Of a stretch of 64,000 nt of DNA, positions 18,239 to 29,737 are shown one piece after another. The translations under genes were made by a program, and so were the position numbers. The first letter of the stretch is position 1. Every line of letters begins with the position of its first letter. A model generated the notes under the pieces. The model was not told the DNA's origin. It worked only from the letters and a program-made list of their open reading frames with translations, and did not search any database. Origin of the DNA: an uncultured Verrucomicrobiae bacterium (GTDB lineage Bacteria > Verrucomicrobiota > Verrucomicrobiia > Chthoniobacterales > JAATET01); the NCBI GenBank assembly GCA_963719495.1, contig CAVRCI010000004.1, forward strand, positions 96,001 to 160,000, given 5' to 3'.

Positions 18239-21076
18239 TTAGGCGGCTAGCTCTCGTAGGACGAAGGGGAGGATGCCCCCGTGGCGGTAGTAATCGACCT
18301 CGATGTCGGTGTCGATCCGGAGCTTGACGAGGACTTCCTCGCTTGCACCGCTGGCGCGGGTGATGCGGAGTTTAAGGTCCTGGCGGGGCTTGATGTCCTC
18401 CGTGAGGCCGAGGACGTCGTAGGTTTCGCTGCCGTCCAGCTCGAGCGTTTCGGCGCTGATGCCTTCGGCGAATTGGAGGGGGAGGACGCCCATGCCGACG
18501 AGGTTGGAGCGGTGGATGCGCTCGTAGCTGCGGGCGATGACGGCTTTGACGCCGAGGAGCTGCGTGCCTTTGGCCGCCCAGTCGCGGGAGGAGCCGGTGC
18601 CGTATTCCTGGCCGGCGATGATGACCAGCGGGGTGCCCGCCTCTTGGTAGTGCATGGAGGCGTCGAAGATGGCCATTTCCTTGCCTTCGGGCATGAGCTT
18701 GGTGACGCCGCCTTCGGTGCCGGGGACCATGAGGTTCTTGATTCGGACGTTGGCGAAGGTGCCGCGGGTCATCACGCGGTCGTTGCCGCGGCGGGAGCCG
18801 TAGCTGTTGAAGTCGACGGCTTCGATGCCGTTTTCCTGGAGATAACGACCGGCGGGTGAGCTGGGTTTGATGGCTCCGGCGGGGGAGATGTGGTCGGTGG
18901 TGACGGAGTCGCCGAAGATGCCGAGCGGGCGGGCTCCGGCGATTTCCGCGATGCTGCCGGGGGTCATGGAGAAGTCCTGGAAGAACGGAGGCTCCTGGAT
19001 GTAGGTGCTGTCGGCGTCCCAGGCGTAGACCTCGCCGGGCGTGGAGGGGATTTCGTTCCACTTGGGGTTCTGTTCCGCGAAGTCGGTGTAGAGTTTGCGG
19101 AAGACCTCGGGCTTGAGGGCGGCGGTCATCTCGTCCTTGATCTCCTGCAGGGTCGGCCAGAGGTCGCGGAGGTAGACTTCGGTGCCGGTCTGATCCTTGC
19201 CGATCGGGTCGGTGGTGAGGTCGATGTCGACGCGGCCGGCGAGCGCGAAGGCGACGACGAGCGGGGGCGACATGAGGAAGTTAGCTTTGATGTTCTGGTG
19301 GATGCGGGCTTCGAAGTTGCGGTTGCCGGAGAGGACGGACGCGGTGATGAGGTCGTGCTCGAGGATGGCTTCCTCGATGGCGGGATCGAGCGGGCCGGAG
19401 TTGCCGATGCAGGTCGTGCAGCCGTAGCCGACGATTTGGAAGCCGAGCTTGTCCAGGTATTGCTGGAGGTCGGCTTTTTGCAGGTAGTCCTGGACGACGC
19501 GGGAGCCGGGTGCGAGGGACGTCTTCACGGCGGGGTCGACGGTGAGGCCGCGCTCGACGGCGCGCTTGGCGAGGAGGCCGGCTCCGAGCATGACGCTGGG
19601 GTTGCTCGTGTTCGTGCAGCTGGTGATGGCGGCGATGAGGACGGAGCCGCTGCCGATGGCGGTGTTGTTGCGACCGTTTGCGGGCGCGGCGACTTCGTCG
19701 GGGGTCGGGCGGTTGGTGACCATTTCGGTCTCGCTGGCCGAATCGCTTGGATCGAGAGCGGGCTCGGGGGTGTCGTGGTGTTGGTCGTTGCCGCCGAAGT
19801 CGACGTCGAAGCGGGCGTTCGTGTCGGCGTTCGGTTGGCCGTAGCCGCCGTCGGGGACGGAGAGCGCGAGGAGGTCTTTGAATTTGCCGCCGAGGGCGGG
19901 GAGGTCGATGCGGTCCTGTGGGCGCTTGGGTCCGGCGACCGAGGGCTGGACGTCGGCGAGGTCGAGATCGACGTCGACGGAGTATTCGATGTCGCCTTTT
20001 TTCGGCATGCCGAAGAGGCCCTGGGCCTTGAAGTAGGCCTCGAAGGCGGCGCACTGGTCCTCGGTGCGGCCGGTGGCTCCGAGGTAGGCGACGGATTCCT
20101 CGTCGACGGGGAAAAAGCCCATGGTGGCTCCGTATTCCGGGGCCATGTTGGCAATGGTGGCGCGGTCGGGGAGGGGAAGGGTGGTCGCGCCTTCGCCGTA
20201 GAATTCGACGAACTTGCCGACGACCTTGGTCTTGCGGAGCAGCTCCGTGACGTGGAGGGCGAGGTCGGTGGCGGTGACGCCTTCGCGGAGGCGGCCGGTG
20301 AGATTGACGCCGACGACCTCGGGGGTGAGGAAGTAGACGGGCTGACCGAGCATGCCGGCTTCGGCTTCGATGCCGCCCACGCCCCAGCCGACAACGCCGA
20401 TGCCGTTGATCATGGTGGTGTGGCTGTCGGTGCCGACGAGGGTGTCGGGGTAGTAGAGGGGTGTGGTTGGTTGTTGGTTATTGGTTATTGGGGAATGCAG
20501 GACGCCTTTGGCGAGGTATTCCAAGTTGACTTGGTGGACGATGCCGATTCCCGGGGGGACGACTCCGAAGGTTTCGAAGGCTTGCTGGCCCCACTTGAGG
20601 AATTCGTAGCGTTCGCGGTTGCGCTTGAATTCCATGTCGAGGTTGAGCGCGAGGGCTTCGGCGCTGCCGAAGAAGTCGACCTGGACGCTGTGGTCGACGA
20701 CGAGGTCGACGGGGACGAGGGGTTCGATGATGCCGGCGTTTTTACCCATTTTCTGGACGGCACTGCGCATGGCGGCGAGGTCGACGAGGAGGGGGACGCC
20801 GGTGAAATCCTGAAGAACGATGCGGGCGACGACGAAGGGGATTTCCTCCTGCGCGGGGGCGGCGGCCTTCCAGTTGGCGAGGGTGCGGACGTCTTCCGGG
20901 GTGACTTTCTTGCCGTCGCAATTGCGGAGGACGGATTCGAGGACGATGCGGATGCTGACCGGGAGCTTCGAGATGGGGCCGATGCCTTGTTCTTCGAGCG
21001 CGGGGAGGGAGTGGAGGGTGCCCTTCTTATCGGGCGAAATATCGAACTCGCGGAGCGTGTGGAAAGCGTCGGACAT
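18239..21076 (-). CDS. acnA: Aconitate hydratase A
   Basis: [53 protein letters not shown]. Confidence 0.96.
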   Translation of the reverse strand: MSDAFHTLREFDISPDKKGTLHSLPALEEQGIGPISKLPVSIRIVLESVLRNCDGKKVTPEDVRTLANWKAAAPAQEEIPFVVARIVLQDFTGVPLLVDLAAMRSAVQKMGKNAGIIEPLVPVDLVVDHSVQVDFFGSAEALALNLDMEFKRNRERYEFLKWGQQAFETFGVVPPGIGIVHQVNLEYLAKGVLHSPITNNQQPTTPLYYPDTLVGTDSHTTMINGIGVVGWGVGGIEAEAGMLGQPVYFLTPEVVGVNLTGRLREGVTATDLALHVTELLRKTKVVGKFVEFYGEGATTLPLPDRATIANMAPEYGATMGFFPVDEESVAYLGATGRTEDQCAAFEAYFKAQGLFGMPKKGDIEYSVDVDLDLADVQPSVAGPKRPQDRIDLPALGGKFKDLLALSVPDGGYGQPNADTNARFDVDFGGNDQHHDTPEPALDPSDSASETEMVTNRPTPDEVAAPANGRNNTAIGSGSVLIAAITSCTNTSNPSVMLGAGLLAKRAVERGLTVDPAVKTSLAPGSRVVQDYLQKADLQQYLDKLGFQIVGYGCTTCIGNSGPLDPAIEEAILEHDLITASVLSGNRNFEARIHQNIKANFLMSPPLVVAFALAGRVDIDLTTDPIGKDQTGTEVYLRDLWPTLQEIKDEMTAALKPEVFRKLYTDFAEQNPKWNEIPSTPGEVYAWDADSTYIQEPPFFQDFSMTPGSIAEIAGARPLGIFGDSVTTDHISPAGAIKPSSPAGRYLQENGIEAVDFNSYGSRRGNDRVMTRGTFANVRIKNLMVPGTEGGVTKLMPEGKEMAIFDASMHYQEAGTPLVIIAGQEYGTGSSRDWAAKGTQLLGVKAVIARSYERIHRSNLVGMGVLPLQFAEGISAETLELDGSETYDVLGLTEDIKPRQDLKLRITRASGASEEVLVKLRIDTDIEVDYYRHGGILPFVLRELAA

Positions 21077-21136
21077 GCGGGGAATATCGCAGAGGTTTCC
21101 GGCGGGGCGCAAGTCCGGGTGGATATCCAGATTCGT

Positions 21137-21207
21137 GCCTCGCGCGGAGGCGCAGAGTGGCAGAGGAATGAGATGGAATTCTCTGTGTCTGCGTCTCCGC
21201 GCGAGGC
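21137..21207. repeat. Long inverted repeat hairpin
   Basis: GCCTCGCGCGGAGGCGCAGA ... TCTGCGTCTCCGCGCGAGGC with an inner CAGAGGAAT/ATTCTCTG stem. Confidence 0.75.
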
Positions 21208-21241
21208 GGAGCGTCTGAGATCTACGGCGCTTTCGTGCGGG

Positions 21242-21285
21242 GTGAGGTGAGAAGCCAGAGATTCTTCGCTTTGCTCAGAATGACA
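21242..21285 (+). repeat. Copy of the 11396 palindromic repeat
   Basis: One mismatch to 11396-11439. Confidence 0.85.
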
Positions 21286-21330
21286 GGGTTTTGGATGGGG
21301 GCGGCTCCCGCTGGCGCGGATTGCCGAATT

Positions 21331-21378
21331 GCGGCGGCGGGACGCCGCCGCTCGCACGCGGGGACGCGTGCGATCCCC
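21331..21378 (+). repeat. REP-B variant
   Basis: GCG...CGC replaces GAT...ATC at the stem base (compensatory change). Confidence 0.85.
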
Positions 21379-21385
21379 CGGTTTC

Positions 21386-22602
<1,217 letters not shown>

Positions 22603-22603
<1 letters not shown>

Positions 22604-22700
22604 GGGTCGGAAGGTCGGAAGGTCGGAAAGTCAAAGGTCGAATGGCGGCTGCTGGGCAGCCGGAATGCGACGTGGGTCGAAAGGTCTAAGGTCGAAGGTC
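22603..22700 (+). repeat. Degenerate AAGGTCG(G) 7/8-mer arrays
   Basis: Two clusters, about 22603-22640 and 22675-22700, in the ABC-lysC spacer. Confidence 0.75.
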
Positions 22701-22707
22701 CGTCAGT

Positions 22708-24480
22708 TCAAGTCTGCGAGGCGGCGTGGAGATCGGCGAAGCGCCCGCCGCGCTGGACGAGTTCCTCGAAGGACCCGGATTCGACGAGGCGGCCGTGGTC
22801 GAGGACGCAGATGGTGTGGGCGGCTCGGATGGTGGAGAGGCGGTGGGCGACGATGATGGTGGTGCGGCCGTGGGTGAGGGCGGCGAGGGCGTCCTGGACG
22901 TGGCGTTCGGACTGGACGTCGAGGGCGGAGGTGGGTTCGTCGAGGACGATGACTTTTGGGTTGCGCATGAGGGCGCGGGCGATGGCGATGCGTTGCTTTT
23001 GGCCGCCCGAGAGGACGGCGCCGCGCTCGCCGATGAGGGTGTCCATGCCGGCGGGGAGGTCGTCGACGAAGTCGTCGACGTGGGTGAGCCGGGTGACGCG
23101 GTGGAACCATTCGTCGGAGACCGGGCCGAGGCCGAAGAGGATGTTTTCGCGGATGGTGCCGTTGAAGAGGAGGATCTGCTGGGGGACGAGCGCGAGGCGG
23201 CGGCGCCAGATGCGGACGTCGAGGGTCTCCATGTCGACGCCGTCGAGGAGGAGGCGGCCGGATTGCGGGCGGAGGAAGCCGATGAGGAGATTGACGGCGG
23301 TGGATTTGCCGCTGCCGGATTCGCCGACGAAGGCGATCGTGCGTCCGGCTTCGATGGTGAGGTTGAAGTCGTGGAGGGCGGAGGAATTTGCGTCGGGGTA
23401 GGTGAAGCCGACGGACTGGAATTCGATCCGTCCGTCGACGTCGACCGGGGCGGCTTTGCCTTCGTTGTGTTCGAGGTCGGGGGATTGGAGGACTTCGCCG
23501 AGGGAGCGGATGGACTCCGCGCCGCGCGAGAGGGTCGGGTAGAGGTTGAGGAGTTGGTTGATGGAATTGACGAGGTAGCTGAAGAGCGTCTGGTAGAGGA
23601 TGAGGTCGCCGGGGGTCATGAGGCCGCGGCGGACGAAGACGAACCCGACGCCGAGGATGGCGAGGCTGAAAACCTGGAACGTGACCCAGGCGCTGGATTG
23701 GAAGACGGCGTTGACGCGGTCGAGGAGGCGGCCGTTTTGGTTGACCTCGGTGACGCGGCGGGTAAATTCGTCGAGGGCGACGTCCTCGATACCGTGGGCG
23801 CGGGCGAGCGGGAGCATGTCGACCATTTCGACGACGCGGGAGTTCATGTCCTCGACGCGCTCGCGGAAGACCTGGTTGCGGGAGCGGATGGCTCCGCGAA
23901 AACTGCGGGAGATGGCGACGGAAATCGGGGCGACGACGAAGAAGAAGCCGAGCATGAGCGGCTGGGTGAAGCCGGTGTAGACGGTGCTGATGGCCAGCAT
24001 CGTGACGGCGGAGATCCCGGACATCCCGAGCTCCATGGTGAGGAGCTGGGTCTGCTCGACGTCGCGGAGGAGTTTGGCCTGGAGGCGTCCGCTCTCGGCG
24101 CGCGAGTGGAAGGACATCGAGAGTTGCTGGAGGCGGCGGGCGACGCCGAGGCGGAGGCGTTGCTCGAGATTGCGCGCGCATTCGCTGAGGCGAACGACGA
24201 ACCAGGTGTGGACGGGGATGTTGATCACGAGCGCCGCGACGGTCAGGGAGCCGATGGCGATGAGGGTGGTGTAGTCGGCGGTCTCGGGTTTGACCAACGC
24301 ATCAATGAGCCGGGCGGCGAAGATGGCGGAGAGCCACATGCCGGAATTCTTGACGAAGAAAATGGTGACCGTGGCGGCGTAGAACCACGGTCCGCGCTCG
24401 ACGAGGCGGAGGAGGATTCGCAGCGGCGAGGACGCTTCGTAAGCGTAGTCGATCTGCTCGGACGGGCTGCGGGTGGTCAT
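22708..24480 (-). CDS. ABC exporter, fused permease/ATP-binding (MsbA/MdlB-like)
   Basis: N-terminal TM region; [33 protein letters not shown]. Confidence 0.9.
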   Translation of the reverse strand: MTTRSPSEQIDYAYEASSPLRILLRLVERGPWFYAATVTIFFVKNSGMWLSAIFAARLIDALVKPETADYTTLIAIGSLTVAALVINIPVHTWFVVRLSECARNLEQRLRLGVARRLQQLSMSFHSRAESGRLQAKLLRDVEQTQLLTMELGMSGISAVTMLAISTVYTGFTQPLMLGFFFVVAPISVAISRSFRGAIRSRNQVFRERVEDMNSRVVEMVDMLPLARAHGIEDVALDEFTRRVTEVNQNGRLLDRVNAVFQSSAWVTFQVFSLAILGVGFVFVRRGLMTPGDLILYQTLFSYLVNSINQLLNLYPTLSRGAESIRSLGEVLQSPDLEHNEGKAAPVDVDGRIEFQSVGFTYPDANSSALHDFNLTIEAGRTIAFVGESGSGKSTAVNLLIGFLRPQSGRLLLDGVDMETLDVRIWRRRLALVPQQILLFNGTIRENILFGLGPVSDEWFHRVTRLTHVDDFVDDLPAGMDTLIGERGAVLSGGQKQRIAIARALMRNPKVIVLDEPTSALDVQSERHVQDALAALTHGRTTIIVAHRLSTIRAAHTICVLDHGRLVESGSFEELVQRGGRFADLHAASQT

Positions 24481-24502
24481 CGCGGGGCCGGTCGGGGGGG
24501 GA

Positions 24503-25591
24503 TTATTTCTCGAGGGCGCGGCGGACGGAGTCGAGGTCGGCGTCGGTCTCGGTGGGGGCGTAGCCGCCGAATTTGACGGCGGTGTCGGAGTCCTTGAGGC
24601 CGTGGCCGGTGACGGTGCAGACGACGGTGTCGCCTTCGTTGGTGTGCGGGAGCGGGCACGCGTCGCAGCGGCGTTCGCAGCAGCACTTCATGAGGCCGGC
24701 GACGGAGGCGGCGCTGGCGGGCTCGACGAAGATGCCTTCGTTCTTGGCGAGCCAGGACTGGGCGGTGAGGATCTCCTCGTCGGTGACGATGTCGATCGCG
24801 CCGCCGGATTGGCTGATGGCATCGGTGGCTCCGGTCCAGGAAGCGGGGTTGCCGATACGGATGGCGGTGGCCTGGGTCTCGGGGGACTCGACGATTTTGT
24901 CGTGGTAGATCGGGGCTGAGCCGGCGGCTTGGAAACCGAGCATTCGGGGGAGTTTGGTCGATCGGCCAAGGTCGCGGTATTCGCGGTAGCCCTTCCAGTA
25001 GGCGGTGATGTTGCCGGCGTTGCCGACGGGGAGGATGTGGAGGTCGGGGGCGTCGCCGAGCTCGTCGATGATCTCGAAGGAGGCGGTCTTTTGGCCCTCG
25101 ATGCGGAAGGGGTTGATGGAATTGACGACCGAGACGGAGCCGTCGGCGGCAAGTTCGACGACGAGCTCGAGGGCGCGGTCGAAGTTGCCCCGGATGGCGA
25201 CGACCCGGGCCCCGTAGACGAAGGCTTGGGCGAGTTTGCCCATCGAGATTTTTCCGGATGGGAGGATGACGACGCAACGGATGCCGGCGCGGGAGGCGTA
25301 GGCGGCGGCGGCGGCGGAGGTGTTGCCGGTGGAGGCGCAGACGATGGTGTGCGCGCCCTCCTCGCAGGCCTTGGAGACGGCCATCGTCATGCCGCGGTCC
25401 TTGAATGAGCCGGTGGGATTGAGGCCTTCGTATTTGAGGTAGACGTCGCGGCGGGTGAGGTCGCTGAGGCGGGGCGAGTGGATGAGGGGGGTGGTGCCTT
25501 CGTCGAGCGAGATGACCGGGGTGGCGTCGCTGACGGGGAGATACTGGTGGTATCGGGCGATGACGCCGCGGTCGTGCGGGTGGAGCTGCAT
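24503..25591 (-). CDS. thrC: Threonine synthase
   Basis: KYEGLNPTGSFKDRG, ASTGNTS, PVGNAGNI, TGHGLKD; in hom-thrC-lysC cluster. Confidence 0.95.
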   Translation of the reverse strand: MQLHPHDRGVIARYHQYLPVSDATPVISLDEGTTPLIHSPRLSDLTRRDVYLKYEGLNPTGSFKDRGMTMAVSKACEEGAHTIVCASTGNTSAAAAAYASRAGIRCVVILPSGKISMGKLAQAFVYGARVVAIRGNFDRALELVVELAADGSVSVVNSINPFRIEGQKTASFEIIDELGDAPDLHILPVGNAGNITAYWKGYREYRDLGRSTKLPRMLGFQAAGSAPIYHDKIVESPETQATAIRIGNPASWTGATDAISQSGGAIDIVTDEEILTAQSWLAKNEGIFVEPASAASVAGLMKCCCERRCDACPLPHTNEGDTVVCTVTGHGLKDSDTAVKFGGYAPTETDADLDSVRRALEK

Positions 25592-25599
25592 CCTAGTGG

Positions 25600-25721
25600 T
25601 TTGAAGTTGAGAGTTTGAAGGTGAGAGTTGAATGCCAGCGCACGGATGCGGTGGACGGATACTCTCGGTGCGCGGGTCTCATTGTCCTTACTCTCAACTT
25701 TTTGCTCTCAACTATAAACTC
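25600..25721. repeat. Inverted degenerate heptamer arrays
   Basis: Left GTTGAGAGTTTGAAGGTGAGAGTTGAA, right ACTCTCAACTTTTTGCTCTCAACTATAAACTC. Confidence 0.75.
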
Positions 25722-25725
25722 CTGC

Positions 25726-27024
25726 TCACTCATCGAGTGGGTCGACCTGGAGGAGGGCGGGAGACGAGCGGACGCAGGGGAGGGCGGCGATGGCCTCGGT
25801 GGCGGTGCGCATTTTTCCGTAGGCTGCGTCGTGAATCATGAGCACGAGGGTGAGCGGGCCGGGGGTGTCGGACTCGGGCTGGATGACGGAGCTGATGCCG
25901 ATGCCGGCTTCGCCGAGGACGCTGGCGATTTGGGCAAGGACGCCGGGGCGGTCTTCGACGGTGAGACGGAGGTAGAATTTCGAGACCGCGTCGTCGATCG
26001 GTTTACACTTCCCGTAGAGGTCGTGGGCCGTGAAGCCGAAGGACGCTCGGGGTGAGCTGAGCGCGAGGGCGGCTTCGGCGAGATCGGCGATGACCGAGCT
26101 GGAGGTCGGGTCCTGGCCCGCGCCGCGGCCGGAGAAGAGGGCTTCGCCGGCGATGTCGCCCTGGAGCCAGACGGCGTTGAAGACGCCGTTGACGCTGGCG
26201 AGGACGTGGGTCGCGGGGATGAGGGTGGGGCAGACGCGAACTTCGACGGCTTCGGCGGCGTCGATCTTGATCGTGGCGAGGAGTTTGATGGCGTAGCCGA
26301 GTTCGGCGGCGAAGAGGTTGTCCTCGGCGGTGATGGCTTCGATGCCTTCGACGCGGATGTCTTCGGGTTTGATCCAAAATCCGTAGGCGAGGGCGGAGAG
26401 GATGAGGGTCTTGTGGGCGGCGTCCCAGCCGTTGACGTCGAAGGCGGGGTCGGCTTCCGCGTAGCCGAGGCGTTGGGCGTCGGCGAGGACTTCGGGGAAG
26501 TCCCGGGTGCCGGCGGCCATTTCCGTGAGGATGTAATTGCTCGTGCCGTTGAGGATGCCGTGGATGGCGGTGAAGCGGTTGCCGACGAACGACTCGCGGA
26601 CGGCTTTAATGATCGGAATGCCCCCGGCGACGGCGGCCTCGTAGAAAATCGGGACGCGGGCTTCGTTGGCGAGGTGGAAGAGCTCGGGGCCGTGCTCGGC
26701 GAGGAGGGCTTTGTTGCCGGTGACGACGATCTTGCCGGAGTCGATGGCGCGGCGGACGAAATTCAGCGCGGCGTCGGTGCCGCCGATCAGCTCGACGACG
26801 ATCTTGATCTCGGGATCGTCGAGGAGGGTGTCGAGGTCGGTCGTGAAGAGCTCGGCGGGCGCGGCGACGTCCCGGGTTTTTTTGAGATCCCGAACGACGA
26901 TGCGGCGGACGTCGAATTCCGCGCCGGAGCGTTCGGCGATGAGGTCACGGTTGGCGGCGAGGTTCTTGTAAACCCCCGCTCCGACGGTGCCAAAGCCCGC
27001 GAGTCCGATGCCGATTTTCTCCAT
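25726..27024 (-). CDS. hom: Homoserine dehydrogenase with ACT domain
   Basis: GFGTVG, YEAAVAGGIP, LNGTSNYIL, GYAEADP, DRPGVL. Confidence 0.95.
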   Translation of the reverse strand: MEKIGIGLAGFGTVGAGVYKNLAANRDLIAERSGAEFDVRRIVVRDLKKTRDVAAPAELFTTDLDTLLDDPEIKIVVELIGGTDAALNFVRRAIDSGKIVVTGNKALLAEHGPELFHLANEARVPIFYEAAVAGGIPIIKAVRESFVGNRFTAIHGILNGTSNYILTEMAAGTRDFPEVLADAQRLGYAEADPAFDVNGWDAAHKTLILSALAYGFWIKPEDIRVEGIEAITAEDNLFAAELGYAIKLLATIKIDAAEAVEVRVCPTLIPATHVLASVNGVFNAVWLQGDIAGEALFSGRGAGQDPTSSSVIADLAEAALALSSPRASFGFTAHDLYGKCKPIDDAVSKFYLRLTVEDRPGVLAQIASVLGEAGIGISSVIQPESDTPGPLTLVLMIHDAAYGKMRTATEAIAALPCVRSSPALLQVDPLDE

Positions 27025-27138
27025 ATTCGAGCGCGAGAGAGTCGGCGAGGGGCGCGGGGGGTGTAAAGGGAGATCTGCGTTTTCTAAACGCAGGTCCGTG
27101 GCTTCGATCGAATCCGGGTCGCGCCGAAGGTCGCTGGG

Positions 27139-29529
27139 TCAGCGGCGGATGATGCGCAGTTTCAGAATCTTCGAGCGATTGCCGGCGGCATCGACGGCGC
27201 GGATTTTGACGACGGTCTGCGAGCGTCTGTCATTGGGGCGCACGATGGCGCGCCAGCGGGTGCCGGGGCCCTTGGCATCCTGGAAGCCGCCGCGCACACC
27301 GCTGGCTTTGAACTCCACTTTTGCGATCCCGGAGACGTCGGACGCGGTCCCGCGGAAGACGACGCGTTTGCGAGTGCTCTCGACGCGTTTGCGACCGCGG
27401 AATTGGATGTCGGGGCTAGTTCGATCGGCGACACCTGAGGTAGGCGGCACCGTGGGCGGAGTGAGCGATGGAATGAGGAACGCGTAAGCTGCTCCGGCGG
27501 CGTCGGCGCTGTTGTCGATGTCGATCAGCGGATTATTGATTCCGGGAGTCCCGCTGTCCTCTTGGAAGGCTCCGACGACGATGGTGTCGCCGGACGCAGC
27601 GACCGAAAAGCCAAAGTTATCGCCAGCGCCCGTGTTCGACGCTTTCAGGTAGGCTGACTGACTCCAAGTGGTGCCAGCGCGTTCGAAAAGATAAGCCGCG
27701 CCGGATCGGAGGGCCGAATCGTTGGATTGAACACCGCCGACACCGATGGCGGCGCTGCTTTCGGCGGAGGCCCCGACAAGCGCGACGTTCCCCGACAATG
27801 CCACGGCGGTTCCGAACTCGTCGTCGGCTCCGGTGTTCGACGCTTTCAAGTAACTCTGTTGGGACCAAGTCGAGCCAGACCGAACGAAGACGTAAGCCGC
27901 GCCGGATGCGGAAACGGAGTTGTCGGCTTGGTTGCCGTCGGCGCCAGTGGCATTACTGCCCTCGCGATAAGCTCCGACCAGCGCGGTATCACCAGACACG
28001 GCGACGGATTTTCCGAACCGGTCCTGAACGTCAGCGTTCGATGCTTTAAGGTAGGCTTGCTGAAACCAGGTGAAGCCCAACCGCTGAAATACGTAAGCTG
28101 CGCCGGCATTTTGAGCGGAATTGTCCGTCTCGTCGCCGCCGATCTCCGAGGCAGCACTATCTTCGTCGAAAGCTCCGACGATGATGGTGTCACCGGACAC
28201 GGCGACAGAGATACCGAAGCGGTCGAACCGCTCGGAATTGGACGCTTTGAGGTAGGCCTGCTGAGACCAAGTCCCGCCAGAACGAGCGAAGACGTAGGCT
28301 GCACCCGATTGCGGTTCCGACCTGTCCATCTGGTTGCCGTTGATTCCCGTCGCGTTGCTTCGCTCGAAGGTAGTTCCGACGACGGCGGTGTCGCCAGACA
28401 GCGCGGCGGTTTCGCCGAATCTCGCATTTGGTTCAGGATTGGACGCCTTGAGATAAGCTTGTTGCGACCAAATTGAACCCGAACGTGTGAACACGTAAGC
28501 GGCACCGGAAGACCCAGTGGAATTATCGGTCTCATCGCCGTCAGCGCCAGTGGCCTCACTGTCTTCGCCACCCGCGGTGATTAGGGCGGTATCACCGGAG
28601 ACGGCGACCGCGAAGCCAAAGTTGTCATCCTCTTCGGCGTTGGAAGCTTTCAAATAGGCTTGTTGAGTCCAAGTCGATCCCGAACGCACGAAGACGTAGG
28701 CGGCACCGGAATTGGCGGCTGAGTTGTCGGTCTCATCTCCATCGACACCGGTGGCGTTGCTGCTTTCCAACCAAGCCCCGACGACCACCGTGTCGCCAGA
28801 GACGGCAACCGAATAACCGAAGTAATCAGCAGGTCCGGCATTCGATGCCTTCAAGCTGGCTTGTTGGGCGACGGGATCGATGGTGATCGGGTAGCGGGCT
28901 TCGCGGTCGTCGAATTCGATGGCGAAACGGTCCGGCTTCGAAGCGGCGACGAATTGGACGGGTAACTTCCGGCCGTCGGCGTCCCACGCGAGGAGGCCTC
29001 CGTAGGTGAGAATGGTCGAGCCGTCGGCGTCGGCAAACTGGACGGAATTTGCGCTCACTACGGGGGTCAGGCTGCCGCGAACGGCGAGGTCGAGCCGCTT
29101 CGGCTGATCGCCGCTCTGCCCAGCCGGAGACCCGGTGAGCGTCCAGCCCTGCTGAAGACCGCTGGGACGATTGACGAACCACTCGGCGAGCGTCTCGTCG
29201 TGGCGGACGACGAGACGGTTCTCTTCGGAGCGGGCGATCCGCGCATCCCCCACCGGATCGCCGACGTTGGCGAGCTCGAGGCCCCAGGTCCAGTCGGCGT
29301 TCCCGGGGGTGGCGAGGAATCCGCGGCCGTCGAAAGTGACCGTCCAGCCCTGGCCGACGGCTTGGGCGGCATGGGTGCCGTCGGGTTGGGCGGCGATCCG
29401 GTGGTTCCAGTTCTCGTGAGCGGCTCGGATGCCAGTCCAATCTTTTTGCGATAATTCGGTCGCCGCTGGTGAGGGGCTAATTACGAAGAGTCCGAGAACG
29501 GCGGTCGTCAGGGGTGGGAGTAATTTCAT
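27139..29529 (-). CDS. Secreted FG-GAP repeat beta-propeller protein with basic C-terminal domain
   Basis: Signal peptide; N-domain ending YPITIDP; seven QQAYLKASN..D.FG.SVAVSGDT repeats; Pro/Thr linker then 95-aa Arg/Lys-rich tail. Confidence 0.85.
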   Translation of the reverse strand: MKLLPPLTTAVLGLFVISPSPAATELSQKDWTGIRAAHENWNHRIAAQPDGTHAAQAVGQGWTVTFDGRGFLATPGNADWTWGLELANVGDPVGDARIARSEENRLVVRHDETLAEWFVNRPSGLQQGWTLTGSPAGQSGDQPKRLDLAVRGSLTPVVSANSVQFADADGSTILTYGGLLAWDADGRKLPVQFVAASKPDRFAIEFDDREARYPITIDPVAQQASLKASNAGPADYFGYSVAVSGDTVVVGAWLESSNATGVDGDETDNSAANSGAAYVFVRSGSTWTQQAYLKASNAEEDDNFGFAVAVSGDTALITAGGEDSEATGADGDETDNSTGSSGAAYVFTRSGSIWSQQAYLKASNPEPNARFGETAALSGDTAVVGTTFERSNATGINGNQMDRSEPQSGAAYVFARSGGTWSQQAYLKASNSERFDRFGISVAVSGDTIIVGAFDEDSAASEIGGDETDNSAQNAGAAYVFQRLGFTWFQQAYLKASNADVQDRFGKSVAVSGDTALVGAYREGSNATGADGNQADNSVSASGAAYVFVRSGSTWSQQSYLKASNTGADDEFGTAVALSGNVALVGASAESSAAIGVGGVQSNDSALRSGAAYLFERAGTTWSQSAYLKASNTGAGDNFGFSVAASGDTIVVGAFQEDSGTPGINNPLIDIDNSADAAGAAYAFLIPSLTPPTVPPTSGVADRTSPDIQFRGRKRVESTRKRVVFRGTASDVSGIAKVEFKASGVRGGFQDAKGPGTRWRAIVRPNDRRSQTVVKIRAVDAAGNRSKILKLRIIRR

Positions 29530-29737
29530 CGAGCAAATGGGTGTTGGAAGATTTGGAAGCGATCAGGTGTTCGGCGATCCGCCAGCGCTTTCCAAGCCTA
29601 GGGTCAGATTCTGCCGCTGCCACAACCGATTGGCAAATGCAAATTGGGCGACTCATGATGTTCCGTCGAGCGATCGGCGTCCTTCGGATCAAAAACCCGA
29701 TCGGGTCGAATCAAGCGCAGGCTTCCGTGGGATCGCC

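Noticed and set aside
19650..19850. Long low-complexity insert in aconitase ([13 protein letters not shown]...EMVTNRPTP)
   Set aside because: Falls in the known variable linker of AcnA proteins; not an intein (no Cys/Ser...His-Asn termini).
18890..21250. 786-aa ORF antisense to acnA (similarly 7261-8865, 22726-24576, 49955-51391)
   Set aside because: Mirror-frame ORFs typical of high-GC genes; no recognisable motifs; the opposite strand encodes clear proteins.
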